Assembly: GCA_039588275.1 (NCBI GenBank)
Contig: JBDHAC010000027.1
Span: forward strand, 32,070 to 96,069
Direction: 5' to 3'
Length of the DNA stretch: 64,000 bases
Origin: Gemmatimonadota bacterium
GTDB lineage: Bacteria > Gemmatimonadota > Gemmatimonadetes > Palauibacterales > Palauibacteraceae
Positions 1 to 10,271 of the stretch are shown here, piece after piece; the stretch's first letter is position 1; every line of letters starts with the position of its first letter. The notes beneath the pieces were generated by a model. It ran no database searches. It was not told the DNA's origin and saw only the letters and a program-made list of their open reading frames with translations. The position numbers were made by a program, and so were the translations under genes.

Positions 1-16
1 CGCGAGCTTCAGCCTG

Positions 17-985
17 GTGGCACTCGCGGGCGCCTCGATCGTCCTCCTCCTCCTGGCTACGCTCCCGCGGGTTCGCGCCCTCCAGACAGGGTTTCCCGAG
101 CAAACCGCGTACATGAAGGCCTGGCTGCGGGGCGAGGCACCCGAAGCCGAGCGAGTCGCCTATCGCCCAGTGCCTTTGTCGCGGATTCCGCAGTCGGTGC
201 AGCGGGCCGTGCTGGTCTCCGAGGACGCTTCCTTCTTCGGGCACCGCGGTTTCGACTGGTTCGAGGTGCGGGAAGCCGTGCGCGAGGCGTGGGAAGAGCG
301 GCGGTTTCCACGTGGTGCGAGCACGATCTCGCAACAACTGGCACGCAACCTCTTCCTCTCCCCCGCCCGCACGCCGCTTCGCAAGGTCCGCGAAGCCCTC
401 ATCGCGCGGCGGCTGGAGGGCGCGCTCTCCAAGACCCGCATCCTGGAGCTTTACCTGAACGTGATCGAGTTCGGTCCGGGCGTATACGGAGTGGACGCGG
501 CGGCGCGGCGCTACTTCGGGGTCGGAGTGGAGGGGGTGAGCAGGCGGCAGGCCGCTGAGCTAGCGGCCACGATCCCTTCCCCGCGGCGGAACAATCCCGC
601 CTCCCGGACGGCCTCCTTCCGGCGCCGGGCGGATCTCGCGTATCGGCGCGCGTTCGGGAACGAATCCGGGCGGATCGAGCCAGAAGGAGAGCTCATGCCC
701 CCGCCTGCACTCGTGGATTCAGTCGCCCCGCCGGAGTTGGATCCCGCACCGGGGGTGCGTCCCGACTCCAGCGCACTCGGGGCAGCGCTCGACTCGGCCT
801 CGGCGCCTCCGCCTGATACCGTGCCCGCGGGTGGAGCCGGCCGGCATCAGGCGGCCGGAACCCCCTCCCCGCCTTTGGTCGCGTCGAAGAACGGCGCCCA
901 TTTCTCCTTCGGGGACGGGCGCGTGGCGAGGCTCACGACGATCAGCAGCGTCATCGAGATCAGGACGCCCGGGATCACGATGTAG
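17..985 (+). CDS. mtgA: Monofunctional peptidoglycan transglycosylase (GT51); true start may lie upstream of the window
   Basis: GT51 motifs SEDASFFGHRGFD, RGASTISQQLARNLFL, RKVRE, ILELYLNVIEFG; N-terminal TM segment; Pro-rich tail overlapping the convergent gene. Confidence 0.9.
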   Translation: MALAGASIVLLLLATLPRVRALQTGFPEQTAYMKAWLRGEAPEAERVAYRPVPLSRIPQSVQRAVLVSEDASFFGHRGFDWFEVREAVREAWEERRFPRGASTISQQLARNLFLSPARTPLRKVREALIARRLEGALSKTRILELYLNVIEFGPGVYGVDAAARRYFGVGVEGVSRRQAAELAATIPSPRRNNPASRTASFRRRADLAYRRAFGNESGRIEPEGELMPPPALVDSVAPPELDPAPGVRPDSSALGAALDSASAPPPDTVPAGGAGRHQAAGTPSPPLVASKNGAHFSFGDGRVARLTTISSVIEIRTPGITM

Positions 986-2355
986 TCGCTGGCCGCGAAA
1001 TCGAACAGCGTTCCCCCGAGCGTCATCGAGAAATCGACGCCGAGACGATCCAGGACCGCGACCCCGACGATGCTCCCCAGCCCACCCGCGATGCATGCCA
1101 CACCGCCCTGCGGGGTGACCCGTTTCCACAGGAAAGCCGCCAGCAACGCCGGCGTGAGGCTGGCACCGACGAGCGAGTAGGCGTACAGCGCCATCGCGAG
1201 CACGCTCTGGAACTGCGTGAGCAGGACGAGCGCGAGCCCTCCGAACAGCACCACGAACGTCCGCTGCAGATTCAGCTTCGCCTTCTCGGAGGCTTCCGGA
1301 TTGATGAACCGTTCGTAGATGTCACGACTCACGTTCGTGGACGGAACCAGCAGGAACGTGTTTCCGGTCGAGAGCACGATCGCGACCGCGGAGGCCAACA
1401 GGATCGCCCCACCGATCATCGGGAGCCCGTTGCGCGCGATATGCAGGATCACCGTCTCGGACGCCTCGCGTCCACCCATCCAGGTGGCGGTGGCCAGCTC
1501 CGGGTACACGGCCCGGCCGACGACGCCCAGGAGCGCGATCACGACTTCGATGACCACGATCCCGATGAGCATCCCGATGACCGCTTTGCGCGCGGCGTTC
1601 TCGTTCTTGGCGGAGAAGAACTTCTGATACATCCCGCTCTCGCCCAGAATGAGCAGGAACGTGGGCATGGCCACGCCGACCACCCACAGGATGTTGTGAC
1701 CGCCGAGCGCCGTGGTGTGGCCGCTTGGGAGCGCGGCTATGACCTCACCGATTCCCCCGTTCGCGAACACCAGGTACGGGAGCGCGAGGAGCACGCCGAC
1801 CGTGATGATGATCCCGTTGAAGATGTCCACCGTCACGATCGACACCATCCCGGCCAGGGCCGTGAACAGGACGATGGCCGCCGCGGTGATCAGCATGCCG
1901 GCCGTTGGCGAGATGGCTCCATCGGTGACGATGTTGAGGATCCAGCCGCCGCCGCGGAACTGGTACGCGGCGATCGTCACGTAGGCGAGAATGATCGCGA
2001 GCGTGCCCAACAGACGCGCCGAGGCGTTGTAGCGCTGCTCGAGCAGGTCCGGCACCGTGTACTTGGCGATCCGCCGCACCCGGTGCGCGAGGAAGTAGGC
2101 GACCACGAGACCCACCCACCCCCCGGACGAGAACCACAGCTCGCTGACTCCGCTCCGGTAGGCGAGTCCCGCGCCACCGAAAAGCGAGCCCGACCCGATC
2201 CACGTACAGACGAGCGTCCCGACGAGCATCGCCACGGGCACGGATCGGCCCGCGACCATAAAGTCCGCGTGGCTCTTGACGGCGCGGGATCGCCACAGGC
2301 TGACCGCGATGAGGATCAGTGGGTACGCGATGACCGCGATCACGAGCAGATTCAT
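847..2355 (-). CDS. Sodium:solute symporter (SSS) family transporter
   Basis: Many TM segments; DFMVAGRS, WIGSGS, YTVPDLLEQRY, SRDIY motifs typical of the PutP/SSS family. Confidence 0.9.
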   Translation of the reverse strand: MNLLVIAVIAYPLILIAVSLWRSRAVKSHADFMVAGRSVPVAMLVGTLVCTWIGSGSLFGGAGLAYRSGVSELWFSSGGWVGLVVAYFLAHRVRRIAKYTVPDLLEQRYNASARLLGTLAIILAYVTIAAYQFRGGGWILNIVTDGAISPTAGMLITAAAIVLFTALAGMVSIVTVDIFNGIIITVGVLLALPYLVFANGGIGEVIAALPSGHTTALGGHNILWVVGVAMPTFLLILGESGMYQKFFSAKNENAARKAVIGMLIGIVVIEVVIALLGVVGRAVYPELATATWMGGREASETVILHIARNGLPMIGGAILLASAVAIVLSTGNTFLLVPSTNVSRDIYERFINPEASEKAKLNLQRTFVVLFGGLALVLLTQFQSVLAMALYAYSLVGASLTPALLAAFLWKRVTPQGGVACIAGGLGSIVGVAVLDRLGVDFSMTLGGTLFDFAASDYIVIPGVLISMTLLIVVSLATRPSPKEKWAPFFDATKGGEGVPAA

Positions 2356-2372
2356 TGAATGACTCCCGCGGT

Positions 2373-2420
2373 TAGCAGTTCTTCAGCGACCTGCCCGTAG
2401 CCGTTCTTCAGCGGCCTGCC
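2373..2420. repeat. Two 23-bp direct repeats (25-bp period), members of a dispersed intergenic motif family
   Basis: TAGCAGTTCTTCAGCGACCTGCC (2373-2395) and TAGCCGTTCTTCAGCGGCCTGCC (2398-2420), 2 mismatches. Confidence 0.8.
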
Positions 2421-2442
2421 GGCATCGGGTTGTGGAAGGACC

Positions 2443-3123
2443 TCAGTCCTCGTTCGGGTCCATCCCCATGCGCCGTTTCAGCTCACGAAGCATCTCATCC
2501 GCATCCGCCTCACGGCGAGCACGCTCTGACTGGAAGTCGCGGGGGATGGGCTCCGAGGCGAGCGGATCCAGCTCTCTCTCCAGTTCCTGCCGCGCCGAAT
2601 CCACATCGGTCTCGCGGCTCACCTTCTCGGCCATGCGGTCGAACGCGTCCACCGCGTCGAAGCCCGAGGTACGCGAGTCGATCGCCTTCGCTCGTCGAGA
2701 CTGGACTCCGAGCGCATCGCGTCGCGTCATCGCTTCCTTGAGCTGCGCGGTCATCTCCTCCACCTCATCGCGGTGCTGCAGGATCTCCGCGCGCGTGGCC
2801 TCCGCCTTCATCACGAGCACCTCCAATCGGTGACGGTGCTGTGACTCGAACCGACGGGCCACGTCGGTGGTCTCGACATCTCCGATCTCTTCAGCCTGCC
2901 GGGCCCGCCGATCGCAAGACTCCGCGCGCGCCTTTTCTTCATCGGCCTGCCGGAGGAGCGACTCGAGAAGGGACTCGAGCTCCGGGATCCGGGTCTTGGT
3001 CTCCACCAATTCGTCCCGCATCGCGCCGATCAAACGATCCACGTCATCGTCGTTCACGCCCTCGAACTTCGACTCCAGTCGGTCGAGCGTCTGATCGAGC
3101 ATGCGCTTTATCTTGTTGAACAT
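2443..3123 (-). CDS. pspA: PspA/IM30 family protein
   Basis: 226 aa coiled-coil; amphipathic N-terminus MFNKIKRML; AFDRMAEKV and C-terminal LRELKRRMG as in PspA. Confidence 0.8.
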   Translation of the reverse strand: MFNKIKRMLDQTLDRLESKFEGVNDDDVDRLIGAMRDELVETKTRIPELESLLESLLRQADEEKARAESCDRRARQAEEIGDVETTDVARRFESQHRHRLEVLVMKAEATRAEILQHRDEVEEMTAQLKEAMTRRDALGVQSRRAKAIDSRTSGFDAVDAFDRMAEKVSRETDVDSARQELERELDPLASEPIPRDFQSERARREADADEMLRELKRRMGMDPNED

Positions 3124-3193
3124 GCCGAGCAGTTTACGGGCGACGGGGCTCCGGCGTCCAGCAGAGTAGGGGAGGATCTTGTCTGGAACCTGT

Positions 3194-3210
3194 ATACCCT
3201 ACCAGGGTAT
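3194..3210. promoter_or_regulatory. CsoR operator
   Basis: Perfect inverted repeat ATACCCT-ACC-AGGGTAT upstream of csoR-copA; matches the TACC...GGTA CsoR-type operator. Confidence 0.8.
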
Positions 3211-3342
3211 TGTATCGCGTTCGACCTGGGTCCGTCCCGATCCCCGGCCCAGGGAGGCGCCGATGCCGTCTGGTGGGTGGATGAAGAACACCGAGACCCA
3301 TCGGCTACGAACCGGAACCCAGCGACACCGGAGCATGACACG

Positions 3343-3651
3343 ATGACCGTGGACACCACCCCGCCACACGCGATGGGCATCGCGGAAACGACCAGAAGGG
3401 ACCTGCTGACTCGTCTCGCGCGGATCCGAGGACAGGTCGAGGGGATCGGCCGCATGATCGAGGAGGAGCGTTATTGCCCGGACATCCTCCAACAGTTCGC
3501 GGCCGTGCACGCGGCTCTTCGGTCGGCCGAAAAGGAGCTTCTCGCCAACCACCTGGAGCGCTGCGCCACGCACGCGATCTCCGAGGGGGGCGAGGCCGCC
3601 GACGAGGTCCGGCGGGAGATCGTGGACCTGTTTCATCGGTTCGTGCGATGA
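3343..3651 (+). CDS. csoR: Copper-sensing repressor, CsoR family
   Basis: [24 protein letters not shown] Cu(I) ligand pattern; start moved to ATG 3343 after GGAG; ATGA overlap with copA. Confidence 0.9.
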   Translation: MTVDTTPPHAMGIAETTRRDLLTRLARIRGQVEGIGRMIEEERYCPDILQQFAAVHAALRSAEKELLANHLERCATHAISEGGEAADEVRREIVDLFHRFVR

Positions 3652-5933
3652 GTGACACGACCGGTCCGACCCGAGGAGTCTTCAAGGTCGAGGGAATGCA
3701 CTGCGCCGGCTGCGTCACGGCGGTAGAGCGAAAGCTGAACAGCCTCGATGGGGTGCAGGCGACCGTCAGCCTGCCTTCGGAATCGGCCACGATCGAGTAC
3801 CCCGGAGAGCGCCTCTCGTACGAGGACTTGCGGCAGGCGGTCGAGGACGCGGGCTACGAGCTCAAGCCGCCGGCCGAACCCGGTGAGGACCGGGCCGCAC
3901 GAGAGCGAGAGCGCCTGAAGGAGGCCGAGGGGAAACGGAAGGTCGCACGTCGCCGCGTCGCGCTCGCCTGGGGGCTCACCATCCCGATCATGCTGTGGAT
4001 GATCCCCGAGATGTTCTTCGGCATCCGGTGGCCGAGCGAGCTCGCGTTCGACGCCGGCATGGTGGCGCTGGCGGCCTGGGTGCTCGGGATCCCGGGCTGG
4101 GAGACGCTCAAGAGCGCGTGGCGCTCGGCGCGCGGCCTGACCCCGAACATGGACGTGCTCATCGCGATCGGGAGCGGCGTGTCGGTCCTCACGGGCATCG
4201 TCGCGATCCTGCACGATCTGGGCGCCGCGCCGATGATCATGAACTACGCGGGAATCGGCGCGATGATCATGGCCATCCACCTCACCGGCCGATACGTAGA
4301 GACGAAGGCGCGGGGTCGTACCTCCGCCGCCATCCAGAAGCTCCTCTCGCTGGAGGCGCCGACCGCGCGCGTGGTTCGTGACGGCGGGGAGATCGAGATT
4401 CCGACCGCGGAGGTCGGGGTCGGCGACGTGATGATCGTTCGGCCCGGTGAGAAGATCCCGACCGACGGCGAGGTGCTGGACGGCCGCAGCGCCGTGGACG
4501 AGGCGCTGGTCACCGGCGAGTCCATCCCGGTCGAGAAGGGACCGGGGGACGCGGTCATCGGGGCTACGGTGAACCGCGAGGGCGTGCTGCGCGTGGAAGC
4601 CACGGGCGTGGGGGAGGAGACGTTCCTCGCGGGCGTGGTTCGCATGGTCGAGGAAGCGCAGGCGAGCAAGGTGCCGATTCAGGAATTCGCGGATCGGGTG
4701 ACCGCCATCTTCGTCCCGGTGATTCTGGTCGTCGCCCTCGTCGCTTTGATCGGCTGGGTCGTCTTTCCCGGCTTCTTCCGCGGCGTCGCCGAGTGGGCCG
4801 CGGGGTTCGTCCCGTGGGTGAACCCCGGCCTGGGGCGGATCTCGCTCGCCGTATTCGCCGCAGTCGCCGTGCTGGTCATCGCCTGTCCGTGTGCGTTGGG
4901 GCTGGCGACGCCCACCGCCCTCATGGTGGGGACCGGCGTCGGAGCGAGCCGCGGCGTGCTCGTGCGCGACGGTGCAGCCATCCAGACGCTGGAAGGCGCC
5001 GACACGCTCGTCTTCGACAAGACCGGCACGCTCACGCGCGGGGAACCACGCCTGGTCGAGGTGCGCACGACCGAGGGAGTGGACGAGGAGGAGCTGCTTC
5101 GACTCGCGGGAGCCGTGGAGCGCGTCTCGGAACACCCCCTCGCCCGCGCGGTGGTGGACGCGGCGCGCGAACGGGTTGGCGAGCTGCCCACCGCTGCCGA
5201 TGTGGAGGCGGTCGTGGGACGCGGGGTGCGAGGAACGGTGGCTGGAGAGCGGGTGGCCGTCGGTAGCGGGCGTCTGTTGCGGGAGACCGGCATCGGGCGG
5301 GGAGCGCTGGATGCCGAAGCGGCGGAGTTGGAAGCCAGGGGTCATACGGTGATGTTCGTGGCACGGGAGCGAGACGCGATCGGGCTTCTGGCCGTGGCGG
5401 ATCCGGTCAAGCCGGACGCGCGCGCCGCACTGACCGAGCTCCGGGGTCTCGGCTTCCGCACCCTGCTCCTGACCGGCGACAACGAGCGTACCGCGGCTGC
5501 CGTCGCGGGCGAGCTCGGGATCGAGGAGTACCAGGCCGGGCTGCTTCCCGATCAGAAGGTGGACGTGGTCCGCGGGCTGCAGCGGGAGGGGCGTACGGTG
5601 GCGATGGTCGGGGATGGGATCAACGACGCGCCCTCGCTCAAGCAGGCCGATGTCGGGGTAGCGATCGGGACCGGGACGGACATCGCGATCGAGGCCGCGG
5701 ACGTGACGCTCGCGAGGGGTGACCTTTCGGCGGTCGTGCGCGCGGTGAAGCTGGCCCGGGCGACGTTCCGGAAGATCCGTCAGAACCTCTTCTGGGCATA
5801 CTTCTACAACACCGTCGCGATCCCGGTGGCGTTCTTCGGGCTCCTGCACCCGGTGATCGCCGAGGCGGCGATGGCGTTGAGCAGCATCACCGTGGTGACC
5901 AACGCGAACCGCCTCCGACGGGCGAAGATCTGA
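3648..5933 (+). CDS. copA: Copper-translocating P1B-type ATPase
   Basis: GMHCAGC metal-binding domain, [22 protein letters not shown] and MxxSS motifs. Confidence 0.95.
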   Translation: MSDTTGPTRGVFKVEGMHCAGCVTAVERKLNSLDGVQATVSLPSESATIEYPGERLSYEDLRQAVEDAGYELKPPAEPGEDRAARERERLKEAEGKRKVARRRVALAWGLTIPIMLWMIPEMFFGIRWPSELAFDAGMVALAAWVLGIPGWETLKSAWRSARGLTPNMDVLIAIGSGVSVLTGIVAILHDLGAAPMIMNYAGIGAMIMAIHLTGRYVETKARGRTSAAIQKLLSLEAPTARVVRDGGEIEIPTAEVGVGDVMIVRPGEKIPTDGEVLDGRSAVDEALVTGESIPVEKGPGDAVIGATVNREGVLRVEATGVGEETFLAGVVRMVEEAQASKVPIQEFADRVTAIFVPVILVVALVALIGWVVFPGFFRGVAEWAAGFVPWVNPGLGRISLAVFAAVAVLVIACPCALGLATPTALMVGTGVGASRGVLVRDGAAIQTLEGADTLVFDKTGTLTRGEPRLVEVRTTEGVDEEELLRLAGAVERVSEHPLARAVVDAARERVGELPTAADVEAVVGRGVRGTVAGERVAVGSGRLLRETGIGRGALDAEAAELEARGHTVMFVARERDAIGLLAVADPVKPDARAALTELRGLGFRTLLLTGDNERTAAAVAGELGIEEYQAGLLPDQKVDVVRGLQREGRTVAMVGDGINDAPSLKQADVGVAIGTGTDIAIEAADVTLARGDLSAVVRAVKLARATFRKIRQNLFWAYFYNTVAIPVAFFGLLHPVIAEAAMALSSITVVTNANRLRRAKI

Positions 5934-6053
5934 CGCGTTTGCCGACGGGCTGCATGGGGCGCAGTATACGGCGTTCGAAACCCCCGCTGCGATCGGCCGG
6001 GGGGCTCACGAAGGCTCTTCAGCGGGCTTCGGCCTGCCGCGCGAGAGGACAGC

Positions 6054-6401
6054 ATGCGGTCACCGTTCGTCGGCATCACGCTCGGCCTGTGGTACCTGGC
6101 GGCACCGGTCGTGTGGGGGTATCCGTTCGGCTTTCTGTGGTGGAACAGCATCGTGATCGGTGCCGCGATACTCGCGATCTCGATCTCTTTCCGGCTCGGG
6201 ATCAATCGCCTGAGCGGCTATCTCCTGATCGCGGTCGCGGTCTACAGCATGTTCTCGCCATTCCTGCACCAGTACCTGAACCTGGCCGCTCCGCTCTGGA
6301 ACGACCTGGTCATCGGAGTCGTGACGGTGGCGACCGGCGTGGCGATGGCCGGGGCGGGATTGGAGTACAGCGGTGAGGCGTCTTCCACGGTGGGCGCCTG
6401 A
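6054..6401 (+). CDS. SPW-repeat small membrane protein
   Basis: Two repeats of GxW..AP/SP..(W)N..G, four TM segments; GAGG before ATG. Confidence 0.7.
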   Translation: MRSPFVGITLGLWYLAAPVVWGYPFGFLWWNSIVIGAAILAISISFRLGINRLSGYLLIAVAVYSMFSPFLHQYLNLAAPLWNDLVIGVVTVATGVAMAGAGLEYSGEASSTVGA

Positions 6402-6463
6402 GCGACTGCGGGGGGCTGGGGGCCGCTGGGAGGACTCGCTGAAGAACTCGGTTGCGACCTGCC

Positions 6464-7669
6464 TCAGGCGCCGAACTTGGCCAGGCGGCCGGCACGCGCG
6501 GCGGCGAGCGGCATGAGATCCCGACCCCGGCGTATGCCCATCGAGCCGAGTGCACAGGCGGACTCACCGAACCGCTCGACCGGCTCCGAGCGGCCTACTC
6601 CTCCGTAGATTAGAAACGGCACCGGATGCCAGCTATGACTCCGCAGCAGTGCCGGCGTGGAGTGATCGCCCGTGATGATCACGACGTCGGGACCCGCGTC
6701 CACAAGATCTGGAACGATTCGATCCGCGGCTTCGATGTATGCCACCTTCTGGTCGAAGTCCCCGTCTTCTCCGGCCTTGTCCGGTGGCTTGTAATGGAGG
6801 AAGAAGAAATCGTAGTCGTCGATCCTCCGCCTCAGCTCGCGGACGAGACTCTCGGGCTCTTCCGGCACCGAGACCGCCTCCATCCCGACCAGGCGGGCGA
6901 CCCCACGGTACATCGGATAGGCAGCCGCCCCGAAGGGACGCATCCCGAAGGCGTCTCGGAAAGAGGGCCAATCGGGCCGGCTGGAGAACCCTCTCAGGAG
7001 CGCCCCGTTCGCCTGCGGGTGGCCGGCGAGGACCTCGCCGGCCGCGTCCAGCCAGGTGCGCACCAGCGTCTCCGTCGCACCCGCGGCCGGGGTCAGCGCG
7101 TGGACCGGTGCGGGCGGGACCCCGGTGAGCCCGGGATCCGTGTCAGCCAGGTCGGCACCCGTGGCGGTATCGGGACGGATCACCAGCATGAATCGGTGTT
7201 CTTTGACGTGCCGGACGAACGCCTGTGCCCCTTCGAGCTCGATCGCGTCCAGGGCTTCGGCGATCGGCGCCGCGTCTTCGGTCGAGATCCGACCCGCCCG
7301 CCGGTCTGTGACGAGGCCGTCGGCGTCGAGCGTGCAGAAGTTGCCGCGGGCGGCGATGTCCGACCGCTCCAGGGGGAACTCGATTCCGAGGGCGGAGAGG
7401 ACGCCCCGACCGGTCTCGTAGCGCAGGGGATCATATCCGAACAGCGCCAGGTGCCCCGGGCCGCTCCCGGGAGTGATACCGGGAGCTACGGGTTCGTGCA
7501 GTCCACAACTGCCGGCACGAGCCAACTCGTCCATGTTGGGTGTGGAGGCCGCCTCGAGCTCGGTCGGGCCACCGGGTTCCATCGGCAATCCCCCGAGCCC
7601 GTCCAGCACGTACAGCAGTACCTTGCTACCCGAATCCTGTGCGAGCGCCCCGATCCGCTCCAGTTGCAT
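6464..7669 (-). CDS. apgM: 2,3-bisphosphoglycerate-independent phosphoglycerate mutase (ApgM type)
   Basis: LDGLGG, TPGSGPGHLALFGY, PDKAGEDG, TGDHSTP, HSWHPVP; start set at ATG 7669. Confidence 0.9.
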   Translation of the reverse strand: MQLERIGALAQDSGSKVLLYVLDGLGGLPMEPGGPTELEAASTPNMDELARAGSCGLHEPVAPGITPGSGPGHLALFGYDPLRYETGRGVLSALGIEFPLERSDIAARGNFCTLDADGLVTDRRAGRISTEDAAPIAEALDAIELEGAQAFVRHVKEHRFMLVIRPDTATGADLADTDPGLTGVPPAPVHALTPAAGATETLVRTWLDAAGEVLAGHPQANGALLRGFSSRPDWPSFRDAFGMRPFGAAAYPMYRGVARLVGMEAVSVPEEPESLVRELRRRIDDYDFFFLHYKPPDKAGEDGDFDQKVAYIEAADRIVPDLVDAGPDVVIITGDHSTPALLRSHSWHPVPFLIYGGVGRSEPVERFGESACALGSMGIRRGRDLMPLAAARAGRLAKFGA

Positions 7670-7830
7670 GTGTCCGTGATCCCCGGCGTTGGGTCCCGTA
7701 CGAGGTGCTTCGCCGACCGACAAAGCCAACGTATGACGGCCAATTCTCCGCGGCCAGCGCGGTCAACGCGCGATTCCCGGTCCTGCGGACGCGCCGTGCC
7801 GAGACGTGCCCCGAAGGGCGCGAGGGTCCG

Positions 7831-8514
7831 ATGAGTCCGTCTTCCGACCTGGCATTGCGAACCGAGCGACTATCACGCCGCTTCGGTCGCAGCTGGGCTC
7901 TGGACTCCCTCGACCTCGAAATCCAGCGCGGTTCCACGGTCGCGGTGCTCGGTCCGAACGGGGCGGGAAAGACGACCCTGTTCCGGGTCCTGGCGACGCT
8001 GCTACGCCCCTCCACCGGCCATGTGGAGGTATTCGGTTCGGTCCTCCCCAGGCATGCGGACGCGGTGCGAAGCCGAACCGGGATGTTGACCGCCGCGGGG
8101 TACGTCTACGACGAGCTCACCGGTCTCGAGAATCTGCGCTTCGCGGCGCTCATGTCGGGGGAGCGCCCCGACCTCACGGCCCTGCGCGCCGCGATCGCGG
8201 AGGTGGGGCTCGAGGAGGCCGCCGATAAGCGGGTGCGCGCGTACTCGGCCGGCATGCGTAAGCGACTCGAGCTCGCCCGTCTCATGCTCCGACGGCTCGA
8301 GCTGGTTCTCCTGGACGAGCCTTTCGTGAGCCTCGATCAGGAGGGAGTGGAGTTGGTGCAGGCGGCGATCCAGCGCTGGAAGGCCGCCGGAGGGACGGTG
8401 CTGGTCGCTTCGCACCAGGTCGCGGACGCGCTGCGTCACGCCGACCGCGCTCTGCTCCTGACCGCGGGCCGGCTGGAGCGCGATGCCCCTGCGGTGGAAT
8501 GGGCGCAACCGTGA
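7831..8514 (+). CDS. ccmA: Heme exporter ATP-binding protein CcmA
   Basis: Walker A GPNGAGKT, YSAGMRKR, LLDEP; directly upstream of ccmB and ccmC. Confidence 0.88.
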   Translation: MSPSSDLALRTERLSRRFGRSWALDSLDLEIQRGSTVAVLGPNGAGKTTLFRVLATLLRPSTGHVEVFGSVLPRHADAVRSRTGMLTAAGYVYDELTGLENLRFAALMSGERPDLTALRAAIAEVGLEEAADKRVRAYSAGMRKRLELARLMLRRLELVLLDEPFVSLDQEGVELVQAAIQRWKAAGGTVLVASHQVADALRHADRALLLTAGRLERDAPAVEWAQP

Positions 8515-8545
8515 CCGGGCGCAACGTCACGCGGCGAGGCGCGGC

Positions 8546-9226
8546 ATGAGCGACCTGTGGCGACGGACCTGGGCGATCCTGTGGAAGGACCTGCTCATCG
8601 AGCTTCGCACCAAGCAGGCACTGAACGCCATGGTGTTCTTCGCAGGGCTGGTCCTGCTCTTGTTCAGCTTCGCGATCGGACCCAACCCCGATTTGCTGCG
8701 CGAGCTCGCCGGCGGACTTCTTTGGGTGGCCATCGTGTTCACGGGGACCGTCTCGCTCGGTCGTTCCTTCCAGTCCGAGGAGCTGGCGGGCGGGTTGCAG
8801 CTCATGCGGCTTTATCCCGGCGAGCGCCGGGCGATCTTCCTTGGCAAGCTGCTGGCGAACCTCGTGCTTCTGCTCGCCGTGGAGGCGGTGCTCTTCCCCG
8901 TCGCGGGCGTGCTCTTCCAGATCAACATGTGGCCCAACGCGTGGGGCCTGGCGGGCATCGCGGTGCTGGGGTCGTTCGGGTTCTCGACCGTCGGCACGTT
9001 CTACGCCGCGCTCACGGTCCACCTGCGGGCGCGCGAGCTCATGCTCCCGCTCCTGGTGTTTCCGGCGTTGATCCCGCTGCTGCTCGCCGCGGTCAACGCC
9101 ACCGGCGGGCTGATCCTGGGCGACGCGATGGGTCAGGTGAGCGGCTGGCTGCGCTTGCTCGTAGCCTACGACGTGATACTGTTCGTCGTTTGCGTATGGA
9201 TCTTCCCGATCGTTCTGGAGGAATAG
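8546..9226 (+). CDS. ccmB: Heme exporter membrane protein CcmB
   Basis: WKDLLIELR, GLLWV, IFLGK, LMLPLLVFP..IP motifs; about six TM segments. Confidence 0.9.
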   Translation: MSDLWRRTWAILWKDLLIELRTKQALNAMVFFAGLVLLLFSFAIGPNPDLLRELAGGLLWVAIVFTGTVSLGRSFQSEELAGGLQLMRLYPGERRAIFLGKLLANLVLLLAVEAVLFPVAGVLFQINMWPNAWGLAGIAVLGSFGFSTVGTFYAALTVHLRARELMLPLLVFPALIPLLLAAVNATGGLILGDAMGQVSGWLRLLVAYDVILFVVCVWIFPIVLEE

Positions 9227-9278
9227 ATCTCATGAGCCCCGGATCCGGCGACTCGATGTGGAGTCAGGGCAGGCCCCG

Positions 9279-9947
9279 ATGAGCGGCGCCGTGCGCGGGC
9301 GCGCGTTGGGTTGGGTGGCTTTTGCCGCCCTCCTCGTCGGCAGCGCCGTCGCTCTGTTCGTCGTGCCGGCGGACGCGGCTCAGGGGGAGGTGCAGCGCAT
9401 CCTGTACATCCACGTGCCGTCTGCGTGGGTGGCGATGCTCTCGTTCTTCGTCGTGTTTCTGATGAGCGCACTCTATCTCGTCCAGCGTCGGTTGCGCTGG
9501 GACCTGATCGCGGCGAGCGCGGTCGAGATCGGAGTGTTGTTCACGGGGCTCACGCTCGCGCTCGGCATGCTGTGGGGGAAGCCGACCTGGGGCGTCTGGT
9601 GGATCTGGGACCCACGGCTCACGACGACCGCGATCCTGTTCGTCATCTACGTGGGGTATCTGCTGGTGCGCTCGGTGTCCGAGGATCCGGATCAGCGGGC
9701 GCGGTGGTCGGCGGTGATCGGGATCGTCGCGTTCGTGCAGGTCCCGGTCGTATACCTGTCGGTGTTTTGGTGGCGAAGCATCCATCAACCGCCGTCGTCA
9801 CCGCGCTCGATGGCTTCCGAGTTCTTTCTGGTGCTCATGCTGAACTTCGCAGCGTTCACGCTGTTCTACGTGTATCTCATGATGAGGCGGTACCGGTTGG
9901 CGAAGATGGAGCTGGAGCTCGAGCTGCAGGAGCCGTCTCGTGAATAA
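9279..9947 (+). CDS. ccmC: Heme exporter / cytochrome c biogenesis protein CcmC
   Basis: YIHVPSAW, WWD motif WGKPTWGVWWIWDPRLT, WWRSIHQ. Confidence 0.93.
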   Translation: MSGAVRGRALGWVAFAALLVGSAVALFVVPADAAQGEVQRILYIHVPSAWVAMLSFFVVFLMSALYLVQRRLRWDLIAASAVEIGVLFTGLTLALGMLWGKPTWGVWWIWDPRLTTTAILFVIYVGYLLVRSVSEDPDQRARWSAVIGIVAFVQVPVVYLSVFWWRSIHQPPSSPRSMASEFFLVLMLNFAAFTLFYVYLMMRRYRLAKMELELELQEPSRE

Positions 9948-10089
9948 CCCGCTCTATCTGGTCGCCGGCTTCGGCCTCACCTGGGGCGCCCTGGTCTGGT
10001 ACGCCTGGCGCATATCGCGACGGACGAGCGCCACGGTAGCGGACCTGGCCCGCCACCGCGGCGATTCGGGGTCCGACATCACGCCCTGA
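9940..10089 (+). CDS. ccmD: Heme exporter protein CcmD (49 aa, not in ORF track)
   Basis: Hand translation MNNPLYLVAGFGLTWGALVWYAWRISRR...ITP*: one TM then basic residues; CAGGAG before GTG; overlaps the ccmC stop. Confidence 0.75.
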   Translation: MNNPLYLVAGFGLTWGALVWYAWRISRRTSATVADLARHRGDSGSDITP

Positions 10090-10271
10090 CGGGCGCGCCT
10101 GGGAACAACGACGCAACCCGAAGAACCCAAGCTCGTTACGGCCATTCGGCAGTCGACCCGGGAGGGGAGCACAACGGGGGAACTCGGGCGTATCATATTT
10201 GTATCATTTGTGCTTCGATCGGAGCGCTTTGGGGGGAGCTCTGATTCGTAACCCGGTCTGACCGGAGGCTT

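Noticed and set aside
3633..5849. 738-aa minus-strand ORF antisense to copA
   Set aside because: Shadow ORF; the same applies to the long antisense ORFs over uvrA, acs, fumC and the DPP-IV gene
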